64,000 nt of DNA from Histomonas meleagridis 2922-C6/04-290x (taxonomy: Eukaryota; Protista; Parabasalia). The position numbers were made by a program, and so were the translations under genes. Position 1 is the stretch's first letter. Each line of letters begins with the position of its first letter. This document shows, in pieces, positions 34,513 through 45,589 of this stretch. The notes under the pieces were generated by a model, which worked only from the letters and a program-made list of their open reading frames with translations, was not told the DNA's origin and ran no database searches. The DNA lies in NCBI GenBank assembly GCA_020184695.1, contig JAANOX010000132.1:1-64000 (forward strand). Reading direction: 5' to 3'.

Positions 34513-35235
34513 ATGATAGAAGGATATCAAAACATTGCTCTTGATAAAACAGGTGAAATTTATGTTTCAGTTACTAAAGAAGATGATTATGAATATTTAT
34601 TACCATTATTAAAAGAAGGTGATCATATTACAAGTAGAATCAGATGGAAACTCTTTGATCCAAAGAAACCAAAGCTCAAAAAATTTACTTTTGTTCAAGT
34701 TACTTTGGAGATTACAAAAATATCATATAATTCTGATCCAGGAATGAAATCAATATCAATCGAAGGAAAAGTTAAAACATCAGAATTTCCAAATCAGGTA
34801 AAAATTGGAAGCAAACAAACAATTTATATCACTGACGGAGTTTGTTTCGATTTGCAGAAAGACAAATGGACAAAAGATCAAATTCAAAATCTTGAAAATG
34901 CAATCAAAAGAGAACTTCCCGAAAAACAAATCATTAACACAGATACACAGCAAAAAGAAAACGCAGAAGTGGAATATCATAAGATCATGAATAAAGACGT
35001 TGAAATGATATGCTTCGGACTCATTAATGCTTTGGATGCAGTTGACATGGGAACACTTTCTAAGTTGCTCATCACAGAAGAAACACTTATGAAGCAAAGT
35101 TCAGACAAAAAGAAGAATTTGAATGGAAAATACAGAGGTGCTAATATTGTTGTCTACAATAAAGGAGATAAATTTTGGGGTGAGCTCACGGGACTTGGAG
35201 GAGCTGTTGGTTTGTACAGGTATCGTGCCACATAG
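34513..35235 (+). CDS. Pelota/Dom34-like protein with domains 1 and 3, central domain apparently absent
   Basis: N-terminus EDDYEYLLPLLKEGD...IEGKV...KIGSKQTI...KDKW matches Pelota domain 1. C-terminus ICFG..NALDAVDMGTLSKLLITE...GELTGLGGAVGLYRY matches eRF1_3. ATG 34513 follows an Inr-like ttcatttt. Confidence 0.7.
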   Translation: MIEGYQNIALDKTGEIYVSVTKEDDYEYLLPLLKEGDHITSRIRWKLFDPKKPKLKKFTFVQVTLEITKISYNSDPGMKSISIEGKVKTSEFPNQVKIGSKQTIYITDGVCFDLQKDKWTKDQIQNLENAIKRELPEKQIINTDTQQKENAEVEYHKIMNKDVEMICFGLINALDAVDMGTLSKLLITEETLMKQSSDKKKNLNGKYRGANIVVYNKGDKFWGELTGLGGAVGLYRYRAT

Positions 35236-35343
35236 CTAAAATCAGAAAAAAACAAATTGTGAAATAAAATGAGTTTAGAAACTTTTTCTTTGTAAAAACC
35301 GTTTTTGCCAAAAAATTCTGAGGAAATAAATTTGCCAAAATCG

Positions 35344-36027
35344 ATGTCGAGATTGTTTCCCAAAGTTCGTAATTCTTGTATCGAAATAATGGAAAAGCTT
35401 ATGAGCCTTCCGTGTGGACAGGCATTTTTGGAGCCTACTGATGATAAAGTTCCAAATTATCACAATATCATAAAACATCCAATTGATCTTCGTACAATTG
35501 CGAAAAGAATGCAAAACAATGAATATACAAGTATTTCACAATGGGATAAAGATATGAATCTTATATGGAATAATGCAGAAAAATACTACACAAAAAATTC
35601 TTACATTGGAATCCTTGCAAATCAATTACATATTCACTATGACAAAGAATACAAAAAAATTAAAGCCCCTCAGATTGCAAAATGGTCAAGAGCAGTTTTC
35701 AGCTATAAAGCAAAATTAGAAAATTTATTTGAAAAAGCGCCTCCAGTAATTGGAGCTTTTGCACAGAAATCAGGGATTCCAGGAGAAAGTTTAAAAGGCT
35801 TCAGTGAAGAAGAATTAAATGTATTTATACGTATGTCATTATATCTTCAAAATCCGCAGGACTCCAAGAAAATGGCTCAGATTATCAAATTCTACCAACC
35901 CGATTTGAATATAGAAAAGGGTAAAGTTGAAATTGATGTTAATGATTTATCTACTCAATCATTATATTCATTACGCGACTATGTTACACTCCGCCTTGCA
36001 GAAATGAACATTTCATATCCTAAATAA
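35344..36027 (+). CDS. Bromodomain protein with C-terminal ET-like domain
   Basis: AFLEP...PNYHNIIKHPIDLRTI...WDKDMNLIWNNAEKY, and EIDVNDLSTQSLYSLRDYV (ET-like). ATG at 35344. Confidence 0.85.
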   Translation: MSRLFPKVRNSCIEIMEKLMSLPCGQAFLEPTDDKVPNYHNIIKHPIDLRTIAKRMQNNEYTSISQWDKDMNLIWNNAEKYYTKNSYIGILANQLHIHYDKEYKKIKAPQIAKWSRAVFSYKAKLENLFEKAPPVIGAFAQKSGIPGESLKGFSEEELNVFIRMSLYLQNPQDSKKMAQIIKFYQPDLNIEKGKVEIDVNDLSTQSLYSLRDYVTLRLAEMNISYPK

Positions 36028-36199
36028 TTAGAATAAATTTCTTTTTGTTTCCTCATTTTTATTTTTCCTAAAGCGCTTTTTTCTTTTAAAACACTATTTC
36101 TGCTAATTGATCAATTTATGTCTTAGATATCTATGAACAAAGAAAATATGAATAACATCGACACAAATGAAATAATAGTGTAAAAATTTTTATATTAAT

Positions 36200-37075
36200 T
36201 TATTCAAAATCGTCATCAGAGTCAAATATCATTTTTGATGGTGGCTCATTTCTTTCGAAGCGCTCTTCCCTCAGTTTCTTTTTTAGTGTTTGCTTTTCGT
36301 TTCGCGCTTTTGTTTTGAAACTATTCACAATTGCAAATTCGACAATCAATCTCCTTCCAGGGAAATATGATGGATTGTTATTAACCATACGAAGTGCTCC
36401 AAGAGCGTGTTCATGCTTTGTAAACTCCAAAAAGAAGACGCCTTCTTGGCCTTCCACTTTTCTTATATCTGTGATTTTGGGTGAACTCTGTTTAATGAGC
36501 TTAGAAAGTTCTTCATTTTTATGTGTTCGAGCATATTTTTTAGGTGCTACAGCAAATATTTTCCTGATCTGAAGTGTGCTTGCACTTGGTGGGGCATTAA
36601 ATATTGCAAGTCTTGTGGGAGATATTTTGTTATTATCATCAGCAAGTTTGGCTTGCTTCCTTTCCCAGAGCTTCTTCCTTTTGGCCATTTCTGCTTCAGG
36701 AACACCTTCTGCTGCTTCCATATCTGGGGTAATATGACCTTCATACATTAGGTGGATATTACGCTTGTCTTTTGGCTTCATTTTTTCTAGAATTTCATCT
36801 CGTGAGGCAGCCATAATGACGAGAACATTCTGATCTTTTACTAAAATTGATTCTATTTTTGAATTGGATTTTTCTAATACAGCTTGTCCGCTTTCTTCTG
36901 TTGCATAGTCAACAAATGCACTTCCGGTATGAGGATTGTTTTGTTTTGCGACAAAACATATTCTAGTAATTTCTCCAAATTGTTCAAACGTTTTAAACAT
37001 ATCAGACATAGTTGCATCGAGAGGGATCCTTTGTACAAATAGATGCCTTGGATCATTTCCAAGTTGTTTTTTCAT
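36200..37075 (-). CDS. RRM protein, RBM28/Nop4-like (two C-terminal RRMs only)
   Basis: GSAFVDY, DKRNIHLMYEG, ISPTRLAIFNAP and FFLEFTKHEHALGALRMVNNNP...RRLIVEFAI. Confidence 0.75.
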   Translation of the reverse strand: MKKQLGNDPRHLFVQRIPLDATMSDMFKTFEQFGEITRICFVAKQNNPHTGSAFVDYATEESGQAVLEKSNSKIESILVKDQNVLVIMAASRDEILEKMKPKDKRNIHLMYEGHITPDMEAAEGVPEAEMAKRKKLWERKQAKLADDNNKISPTRLAIFNAPPSASTLQIRKIFAVAPKKYARTHKNEELSKLIKQSSPKITDIRKVEGQEGVFFLEFTKHEHALGALRMVNNNPSYFPGRRLIVEFAIVNSFKTKARNEKQTLKKKLREERFERNEPPSKMIFDSDDDFE

Positions 37076-37458
37076 ATTTTGAAATTTCTATGGTCACTCC
37101 ATTAGAGTACGTTTAATATTTAAACGGCTTCTAATAAAATCATAATCAAAGATAAACACCAGATCTAAAGACATCATAGAATTTATCATATCTTTCAGAC
37201 ACTTATTTTTGTCATGTATTGTATAAATGATAAAAAAAATTCACAAGGCGAATTCAAAATTGTATTGCTTCAACTTCTTTGGAATTATGACTTAAAACCC
37301 CTGCGCAAAAATGTTACCAAAGCAAAGAGTATCAAAAAGTTGTTCTTGCTCAAATTACTCTCACTTAGATTTAGATGAATTTGATCATAAGTTATCGAGT
37401 TTTTTAAACCCATGTTGACGGAATAATAGTTATAATAAGAATCCTTTAAATATTAATT

Positions 37459-38238
37459 TTATTGAATTGTTGAGACTGAAACTGCTAAATCCACATATCT
37501 AGCTGCATTATCTACAGCCTGCTTTGCTTTTAATGCGCTTTCACTTAAAGCGAAATTAACTGTTGATCCATCGGCTGACAAGTTCCAATTTCTCTTTTGT
37601 ATAAATTCTTTTGCTTCATCAGTATTCTTAAAGTGCAAAATTTTTGCAATCTCATCAACAGTTGCACTCTTATAAGAGCGTTCGATAGAGTCTGCGTGGT
37701 TATTACGCGCTCCTTCAAGTAAGCGAGCTGTGAGTTGTTGGAATAATGGAGATGGAGCATTACTTTCAAGGGCAAAAAGTTTCAAAAATGAGTTATCAAG
37801 GACTGCACGTTCGAGGTCTAATGCGAACTTGATAAATTCGTTTTCAACGGGAACAAAATTTAAGACAATTGGTAATTCAATGTTAAATTCTATGAATTGG
37901 CCAAGTGATAATTTGTCAACAAGATACAAGGAAAGTAAAAGTGGCATACGATCGGATTTAGGAATGGTTGATTTCCTAAAATATGTTGTTTTTAATTGTT
38001 TGATGACTTGTTCAAAGTGTGTTAGATTCTTGACTTTAAGGGAGCTTATAGCTTCGATTTCGAGAATGTCACGACACATTATAATTTGTTCTTGGGTCAT
38101 TTTATCTTCATCTTTTGTAAGGAATGGCATTTGAATCATCATTAACTTTAAGTCGTGAATAAGCTCCAAGGCTTTTGTTGTATCACATTTAGCATCAACT
38201 TCCTTGAGTATTGAGTATTTTGCCTGGAAATCAGACAT
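37459..38238 (-). CDS. RPN12: 26S proteasome regulatory subunit Rpn12/PSMD8
   Basis: CRDILEIEAI.S....FEQ.IKQLK..YF, LLSLYL..LS...F..EL, LERAVL..S, R...ADSIERSY. First ATG at 38238. Confidence 0.8.
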   Translation of the reverse strand: MSDFQAKYSILKEVDAKCDTTKALELIHDLKLMMIQMPFLTKDEDKMTQEQIIMCRDILEIEAISSLKVKNLTHFEQVIKQLKTTYFRKSTIPKSDRMPLLLSLYLVDKLSLGQFIEFNIELPIVLNFVPVENEFIKFALDLERAVLDNSFLKLFALESNAPSPLFQQLTARLLEGARNNHADSIERSYKSATVDEIAKILHFKNTDEAKEFIQKRNWNLSADGSTVNFALSESALKAKQAVDNAARYVDLAVSVSTIQ

Positions 38239-38789
38239 ATTGTTGTATGTCACTTTTTTGGCCACTAGTTGGCCGATTAATAAAAATAAACGGTTCTGTT
38301 TATTGTAAAAAGTAAATTATTCAAATCCCCGCTCACTTTTTTAATTTTTGATTTTGTTTTGCAGAGAAAAATGATAAATAATATATATGCTCAGATTTGT
38401 TTTACAAAAAAACGCAATGTTAATGATTTATTATAATCCTGTTCAGCATGCTTAATTTCTAAAATTAAGAAATATAAAACGTGAAAATAATTTATCCACA
38501 TTCCTTTTCAAGTATGTTGTGTATAGGGGTTTATTCATATATCGACAAATCCATTGTATAATACTAATCGGGCAAAGATAAAATCATGAATGCAGTCTCT
38601 ATTTTCTTGCGCTCTTTTTTTCTTATTGTTGTATTGCTACATAATAAATATTACTAAAAATCATTAAAGTTTCCAAATAAATTTCATTCATGTGAACATA
38701 TAAATATAAAAAAATTTTATTATGTAATGAACTTATTAACAAAAATCACTATAAAATAAATTTACTAAATAAAACCGTAAAACAGTTCA

Positions 38790-40448
38790 TTAAAACTCCC
38801 GAATATTATCCGTTTCAGGCTCTCTGTACCATTCCTTATCGTTATCATTTTCAAGGTCTTCCTCTGGCTCGCCCGACTCGTCTATGCTCTCCCTCCTTTC
38901 CTCTCCGTGATGATCCTTATCCTTATCAAAGCCTTGTTCTGGTTCGCCCGACTCGTCTATGCTCTCCATCCTGTCCTCTTCCTCCTCATCTTCTGGCAGA
39001 GTCAATGTTCCTTTCGCCTTTTTCCTCAATCGGTAGAAAGGCCTTGCGATCCATATAATAGAAATCACAAATGCCAAAACATATGACGCAGGATAACTCC
39101 ACAGAACTCGCGTTTGGTCATCGGTTGGCACATAATAAAAAATAAAAGCAAAAAGAACTATTCCAACAAAGTTATTCAACAAACTTAAAACAGTTGCTTG
39201 AACACCTTTTTGCATCGCCTGTAAAAAGGTTTGCGCAGTGTAACGAAAACTTTGAAAGATCGAAAAGCCATTAAATATTGTTATTACATGATTATATTGT
39301 AAATAACTTTCATCAGATGAAAATATCATGGCAAGATATCGTGGAATTGACCAAGAAAATATGGATAACAAGCTTGCCCATGATAAGTTAAGCCATAAAA
39401 CGTGATATGTGAGTCTCATAAATCGCTTATATAATTGAGCACTATATGCATAAGATGCACCCGGAAGATAACCCATCGTAAACCCTACCATGATTGCGTT
39501 AGACAAGGCTGAGATACGCATTCCTGCATTAAATGCTGACATGACGTCATCAAAATCATTTTTAGTTCGATCACCTAAAAATTTACGCACCAGAATAGAA
39601 GGAAGCAACACAGAAAGGTTGGCAACGAGTTGTGATATCCCAACTCGTAAAGCAGGTAGTGTGTGAGGGCTAAACTTCCGAAGTAGCATCCGCCATTGCG
39701 GTTTTACATTGAAATAACCGCTGAAGTACATAAATATCAAAGTCACTCCTGGGATCATCTCCGCCATAATTGTTGCTAAACCTGCGCCTACTATACCAGT
39801 TTTAAAGCCAAAGAGGAAAAGTGGATTAAGAACTAACATATTACAAACAACTGCAACTACATTAATTATCCCAAAAAATAATGAGCGACCTTCACCTTGA
39901 AGACACCCACCAACACCAAGGAAGAAACACGTGGAAAAAGTACAAACACAAAGAGGAAGCATATATTCAAAACCCAATTCAATAACTGTTTCAGAGGCAC
40001 CAAACCAGCGGCCTGCTGGCTTGAGACAAGGAAGGAGAATACATGGAACTATAATGCCACATATAATACAAACACGAATTAAATCTGCAATAATTTGTCC
40101 AGTTTCTTCGATCTTATGAAGTCCAATTAAAGAAGAGATTTTAGAAGATCCTGCAGTACCAATGAAAAAACCAAAAGCACGACCAATTCCATCAAAACAA
40201 TTAAATGTTGAGATAGCTGGCATTCCATTTGGAACAGCTTTAGAAACCCATATGGTTGTAACAATACCATATAAGGCACCAGTGATTTGAGACATAAGTG
40301 GACCTGCAGATAATGAAAATTGTGTTCTTAAAGGCTTGTGACCACCAAGTCTCTTTTCTTCCTTTGACATAGGAGGTGGTTCATTTTTTTCTGGAATGTC
40401 TTCATCTTCAGAATTGAGTTCTTCTTCAATTTCTTCGTTAGTTTCCAT
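38790..40448 (-). CDS. MATE family efflux transporter
   Basis: About 12 hydrophobic helices, LQGEGRS...LVLNPLFLFGFKTGIVGAGLATI, and acidic termini with a duplicated ESIDESGEPE. Confidence 0.85.
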   Translation of the reverse strand: METNEEIEEELNSEDEDIPEKNEPPPMSKEEKRLGGHKPLRTQFSLSAGPLMSQITGALYGIVTTIWVSKAVPNGMPAISTFNCFDGIGRAFGFFIGTAGSSKISSLIGLHKIEETGQIIADLIRVCIICGIIVPCILLPCLKPAGRWFGASETVIELGFEYMLPLCVCTFSTCFFLGVGGCLQGEGRSLFFGIINVVAVVCNMLVLNPLFLFGFKTGIVGAGLATIMAEMIPGVTLIFMYFSGYFNVKPQWRMLLRKFSPHTLPALRVGISQLVANLSVLLPSILVRKFLGDRTKNDFDDVMSAFNAGMRISALSNAIMVGFTMGYLPGASYAYSAQLYKRFMRLTYHVLWLNLSWASLLSIFSWSIPRYLAMIFSSDESYLQYNHVITIFNGFSIFQSFRYTAQTFLQAMQKGVQATVLSLLNNFVGIVLFAFIFYYVPTDDQTRVLWSYPASYVLAFVISIIWIARPFYRLRKKAKGTLTLPEDEEEEDRMESIDESGEPEQGFDKDKDHHGEERRESIDESGEPEEDLENDNDKEWYREPETDNIREF

Positions 40449-41195
40449 TCTGTGAATAAACTGTTTTACTCACAAAACTTCAACGGTTTGTTTCAAAACT
40501 TCTTGCCAAAATGCTGTAGTTTAACTCAATTTTGAATAATATACAAAAACTACAAATCGTTTAAAAAGTTCAATGATCAATCTTTTGGTTTAATTAACGG
40601 TTTCTTTTATTCTATTCAAAAAGTCGGTTTTCATGAAAAGTTGGAACGATAGTCAGTTTTTTTCTCCATGTTTTTCATTTTCCAAAAAAAATGGAAAGCA
40701 CGATACAATTCAATTATTTACTTTTACAGTCGAGTATAATCGTACTTCACAATTTTTTTCTCCGTAAACTATTCATTCGCTTCCTTTTTTTAGAGAAATT
40801 CGGTTTTATCGGTTTATTAAAAATGGGGGATTAAACGTCTTCATTCGTAGCAAAATAAATCGGATCACCAAATAAAATGAGTTAAAACTATCTGTGTGGA
40901 TTGATTGTTTGGGTTTTTTGTTTTATTTTTATTGATACCAACCAATTTCAATAATTAATTTGTGCATCATTTTGCAATGAGGAATATGTGAACATCATTA
41001 GCCTATCCTGAGAAAGTGTCTGCTTTTCAAAGCTAGAGTTTAAGTTGTTAGCTTTGCCCGATCGAAGAATTGGATTTCTTCTAACGTGTTTTCCATCTTT
41101 TGGAATTAGTTAATTCCTAGAAAACATTCGATTACTTATTCTCATTATATGAAATTTAATTATATTAAAATATTTTTAAATTAAACGTAACAATT

Positions 41196-42635
41196 TTATT
41201 TTTTAACAGCTCTTTGATGTATAATTTCTTTCCAATTTTTTAACACACACAACGTTAATTGGTCCGCTCCAGCATTTGATAAAACCTCCAACAAGTCACC
41301 ATAATATTGTTCGTTTCTATCCAACGTATAATGTTTAGCTGTCAGCCAAATCGAGCATCCACTTCTTAAGTTTTGTTCTCTCGACAGATGAATTAGCACT
41401 GCGTTTCGCACGATCTCCAAATCATTCGGCGCTTCTTGTCTTGCTCTATTACCCAATGTAAACGCGTCCTTAAAATTCCCGTTAATATAATGTAACGAAG
41501 CCTTATTTATGAAAGCTTCAGGTGTATTAATATTTTTTATTAATTCGAAGCATTGATTATACTCATAGTTTAACCAATGCGAATGAGCAGAAACACATTT
41601 TTCGAAATCTGTTGAATCTTTTGGCAACTTAAATATTTTTTGTGCCGTTTTACTATCGCCAATCATATTTAAAGAATAAGCAAATTCACATAAAAATGTT
41701 GACGAAGGCAAATCAATTCCATTCGAAAGTGATTCATCATAAATATATTGATATTGATCAACAGCGTTATGATACTCTTTATTAAGTAATGATATTTTTG
41801 CAAGTTTATATAACGTTAACAAAGAGCCATCGTGTTGGCTATGTTCTAAACGACAATAAAATTGTAATAGTATTGTTTGCTCATTAAAATTTCCAATGGA
41901 ACCAACAACTTCGGCCATATTAAAAACAATGGAATTAACATTTGCGAGACTTGATCGAATTCCTTTCTCAAAATTAATAAGGGAATTTTGTACTTGATGA
42001 AGATAAAAATAACATATACCAATACAATTGTAACTATCGGTTATTCGATAATGATTTGATATCGATGTGAAAAAAAATGGAATGGCATGTTGATAATTAC
42101 GTTGAAGTAAATATGAAAAGCCCTTGAGGTAATGAATATATTTGGTTTGTTCAAATTCACCAGAAATTTGAAGAACTGTATCATGTTTCCTTCGAAGATA
42201 AGAAGACCAAAGGTGAATAAACGGTGATACTTGTTTAGGGAGTTTGCCTCTTTCTAGTAATATTAATGAACAAAGCATTTCATAAGATTTGTTTGTATTA
42301 TCATGTGAACAAGATAATTCAAGTTGTCGAATAGCTGATTTGTAATCACCTTTAGAAGCGAGAAAAAGAGAAATATTTTGATTAAACTGACAAATTGTGG
42401 AATTTCTAAGTTCTTCATTTCCAATTCCATAAATCATGGAATTGATAGATTCACACTCAGCGAAATTGAAAGTTGAATTCCGTATGGCATTTGCAATAAA
42501 GCAATTTGCCTTTAAAATTATTGAAGAATCATATGAAATTGATTTATTTTCCAAAATAATATTAATTTCTTCCATGGATTTTTGGTACTGCCCATACTGA
42601 AATGCTTCTTTTGCAGCTGAGTACCTAAGTTTCAT
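41196..42635 (-). CDS. TPR-like helical repeat protein
   Basis: TPR-like motifs such as DSYNCIGICYFYLHQVQNSLINFEKGI and AFINKASLHYINGNFKDA. Confidence 0.6.
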   Translation of the reverse strand: MKLRYSAAKEAFQYGQYQKSMEEINIILENKSISYDSSIILKANCFIANAIRNSTFNFAECESINSMIYGIGNEELRNSTICQFNQNISLFLASKGDYKSAIRQLELSCSHDNTNKSYEMLCSLILLERGKLPKQVSPFIHLWSSYLRRKHDTVLQISGEFEQTKYIHYLKGFSYLLQRNYQHAIPFFFTSISNHYRITDSYNCIGICYFYLHQVQNSLINFEKGIRSSLANVNSIVFNMAEVVGSIGNFNEQTILLQFYCRLEHSQHDGSLLTLYKLAKISLLNKEYHNAVDQYQYIYDESLSNGIDLPSSTFLCEFAYSLNMIGDSKTAQKIFKLPKDSTDFEKCVSAHSHWLNYEYNQCFELIKNINTPEAFINKASLHYINGNFKDAFTLGNRARQEAPNDLEIVRNAVLIHLSREQNLRSGCSIWLTAKHYTLDRNEQYYGDLLEVLSNAGADQLTLCVLKNWKEIIHQRAVKK

Positions 42636-42743
42636 GGTTATGAAACGTGAATCAACAAATCAATTTAACGGTCATGTTTTATAAACGGCCTTTGGAGCAC
42701 CCCAATTTTATGAAAGCAAAAAAAAAATTTATGATCATAATGT

Positions 42744-43217
42744 TTATTTGACGAAGAATGTAATGACCATAAATACCAATGAGCATATCAAGTTTGCCCA
42801 AATTCCGATGTTGATTGATTCAATCGTCTTATTTTCGAGGAAGAACATTGCTAATAAGAAAGCAGAAGTACTTGCAAGAGAGACAAGGTATCCAAGAATC
42901 CTTGTAATCCTCAAAGGAACAATTAATAATATAATTGTAATTACCATTGCATAGAAAATAAGTTCGAATGTGATTTGGTTTCTAGGTCCTCCTTCTGATG
43001 GTGGTGTAGCAAGATACCTAAGATTCTTTTCGAATATGAATATGTTATCAATTGAATCCGGGGTGTTGAAATCTGTTTTCATAATTCCGATTTTCTTTAA
43101 AGCATATTTCAAGTATGGAATAACCAATTGTCCGGGTGCATATTGCTCTTCTCCAACCTGAACCCAAGGAAGAGCATATGTGAGGATGATTACGCCAAGG
43201 AAAATAACCCCTAACAT
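42744..43217 (-). CDS. Hypothetical multi-pass membrane protein
   Basis: 157 aa with four hydrophobic segments. Confidence 0.6.
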   Translation of the reverse strand: MLGVIFLGVIILTYALPWVQVGEEQYAPGQLVIPYLKYALKKIGIMKTDFNTPDSIDNIFIFEKNLRYLATPPSEGGPRNQITFELIFYAMVITIILLIVPLRITRILGYLVSLASTSAFLLAMFFLENKTIESINIGIWANLICSLVFMVITFFVK

Positions 43218-43651
43218 TCTGTTTTTGTCAAAAGTGACTTAACATTAACTCATTTAAATGAAAAGAAAAGTAAAACATTGATTTCTTCAGCGGTTTCTAT
43301 TAACTGCAATCACTTTTCATACTATAACTTTTTGATAATTTTACGGTGTAAAAAACTGTTTCATCTTGTATTGCATGAGAGTTACAAATTATCTTTAAGC
43401 TTAAATTAAAATAAAGTAGGGCTTGTCATGACTTTTACAGCACGTTATAAGGTTTTAAATAATATCAGCTGTTTAATTCATGACAAAAATATTCATTTAT
43501 CTAATATTATATTGAAATTAAATTTAAAATGAAAAATTACCACTAGAATTCCCTGTACAATGGAGTTAAACAAAATTTTACCAAACAAAGATCGAAGAAA
43601 AATGTAAAAAAATGATTGCAAAAACATTTATTAACAATTTGAATAATTTGC

Positions 43652-44320
43652 TTAGTTTCTATTTGGAGGGAACACCCCAGGGGCATTTTGGAAAATTGAG
43701 TTCATTGGGAGTTGGCTCCAATAAGGTTGTGATGCAAATGTTGGTTGTTGATTGACTCTTGGAAGAGTTTGTGGTACCATAAAAACATAAGAATTTGCCA
43801 TTGGTCTTTGCCCAATTTGTGCAGGCCTCTGACCGAATTGTTGAGGTCCCATGGATGAATAATGATTTGGAGCTGAATCCATGTTGGGCATGAACTGCCT
43901 TGGTGGGAAATTGATCATTTGTGGTTGAAAAGCAGGATGAGCAGCAGGTGCAATTTGTAAAATTATGTGTACTGACCCTCCATTGTTAGAATCAACAAGA
44001 GGCTGAAGATCATACCACTTGTCTCTTATTTCGAAAAGTGCTAAATCGCCAAGAGGAATATGTAATATGGCAATCGGTCGGTCTTCATCTGAATAAGGTA
44101 CTCTGTTTTTAACGATAGCTCTCATTACGGTATTGCCTTGATCTATAATGCCAAAGTGGAATATTTGATTCCAAATTGGGCTTTGGGTATTTAAAATAAC
44201 ATTTGTTTGCTGAATTGCTGAACTCGTTGAGAGCTGTATTGTCATATATAGATCAGAAGCATTTAAAAAATCCACCTTTGTTATGTTTGATGCTTCGACT
44301 ACGTGGACATGCAGCTGCAT
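43652..44320 (-). CDS. C2-domain protein with P/Q-rich tail
   Basis: LHVHVVEASNI...SDLYM...NTQSPIWNQIFHF...DKWYDL...GGSVHIILQI. Confidence 0.85.
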   Translation of the reverse strand: MQLHVHVVEASNITKVDFLNASDLYMTIQLSTSSAIQQTNVILNTQSPIWNQIFHFGIIDQGNTVMRAIVKNRVPYSDEDRPIAILHIPLGDLALFEIRDKWYDLQPLVDSNNGGSVHIILQIAPAAHPAFQPQMINFPPRQFMPNMDSAPNHYSSMGPQQFGQRPAQIGQRPMANSYVFMVPQTLPRVNQQPTFASQPYWSQLPMNSIFQNAPGVFPPNRN

Positions 44321-45589
44321 TTTGTTTGTTTCGTCTCGACGGCTTGAAGATTACAAATTTTCTATCGGAGCCAAAATTGAAAGGGCTGTTAAATGGACGG
44401 TTGTGGTATGCGATAATGGGGCGGCCCAAATTTTGAGTAGTTAAAAAACTGGCAGTTTCTGGAAAAAATTTCACATTAGTCTCTAAATTTATAAAATATA
44501 TATCATTAATAATTTTATTTTTCAATTCTGTGTTTGTGGTTTAAAATATCAAAAATTCTCCTTTATTCACTAGGAATAATTTTCTATATAAGTTTTTTTC
44601 TTGATGCTTACTGAGGGTGATTCAATTATTACCTCTCTTATCCATATAATTTATATAAATTACATTCAAGTTCTTCCTTTTTTTATCACATTCCTCAAAT
44701 AAAAAAAAAAAATATATAAATAAATATCAATGAAGGATATACAAATATTTAGAGGGATAACATTATATTTTAGTGGATAAAAAATGAAATGAAGATTCAC
44801 AATCATATATGGATTCATTAACAATTATAAATAAATTACACACTACAGAAATTATTCAACAATCATTTGTTATATTCAAGATATATTACTTCTAAAACAA
44901 ACAAAATACCAAGTTCAATTACAGTTAATGTATTTTCATTGCATGTTGTATTAATTATTCAGATAAAACAAATGAATTTATCGAAAAAAATGAAAGAAGA
45001 AACACTTGTAATGATAATGTTATTTATCATGTCTTCAAGTCAAACCGTCAAGAAAAAATAAACGTGCTTTTGATTCCTCAAAACTTGTGTGATTAAGCGC
45101 AATCACTTCTTTTGACTACGGTTATTGGTGTAATCTTTTGAAATTTATAACAAATCACAATGGTGAACACAATATTAAATCTCGAAAATATTTCTTTTAT
45201 CATTAGAAAAGTTAAATTCGTAAAGACAGAACAAAAGCTAAAGATGCTGTTAATTCGAAGAGATTAATTAAATTCAATTTGAATAGCAGTAATGAACCAA
45301 GAATAAATAGCAGCCACAGTAAGAATACTTTTCTGGGCCTTTTTATTCACAAAATAAACATGAGAAAAAATGAACCTGATGTAAATCATGGTGATTTCTT
45401 GCATATTTTTTTCTGAGAGGGAAAAGTGACAATGTCATTTTTTGGATAAACAGTTCAAAGCAGAATGTGTTAAGTTGGGAAAAACTTATTTTATGATTAA
45501 CTTTTTGAAAATTTCTGGTTTATGAAGTGACATGTTTATCTATGTAAAGCATTGATAAATTCTATTAGATTTGATTTCAAAGCTTTGAG

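Noticed and set aside
31694-38238. Cluster of expression and RNA-quality genes (Med21-like, Trf4, Pelota-like, bromodomain, RBM28-like, Rpn12) as a functional operon
   Set aside because: Orientations are mixed and each gene has its own promoter region. Such neighbourhoods are expected by chance in a gene-dense protist genome.
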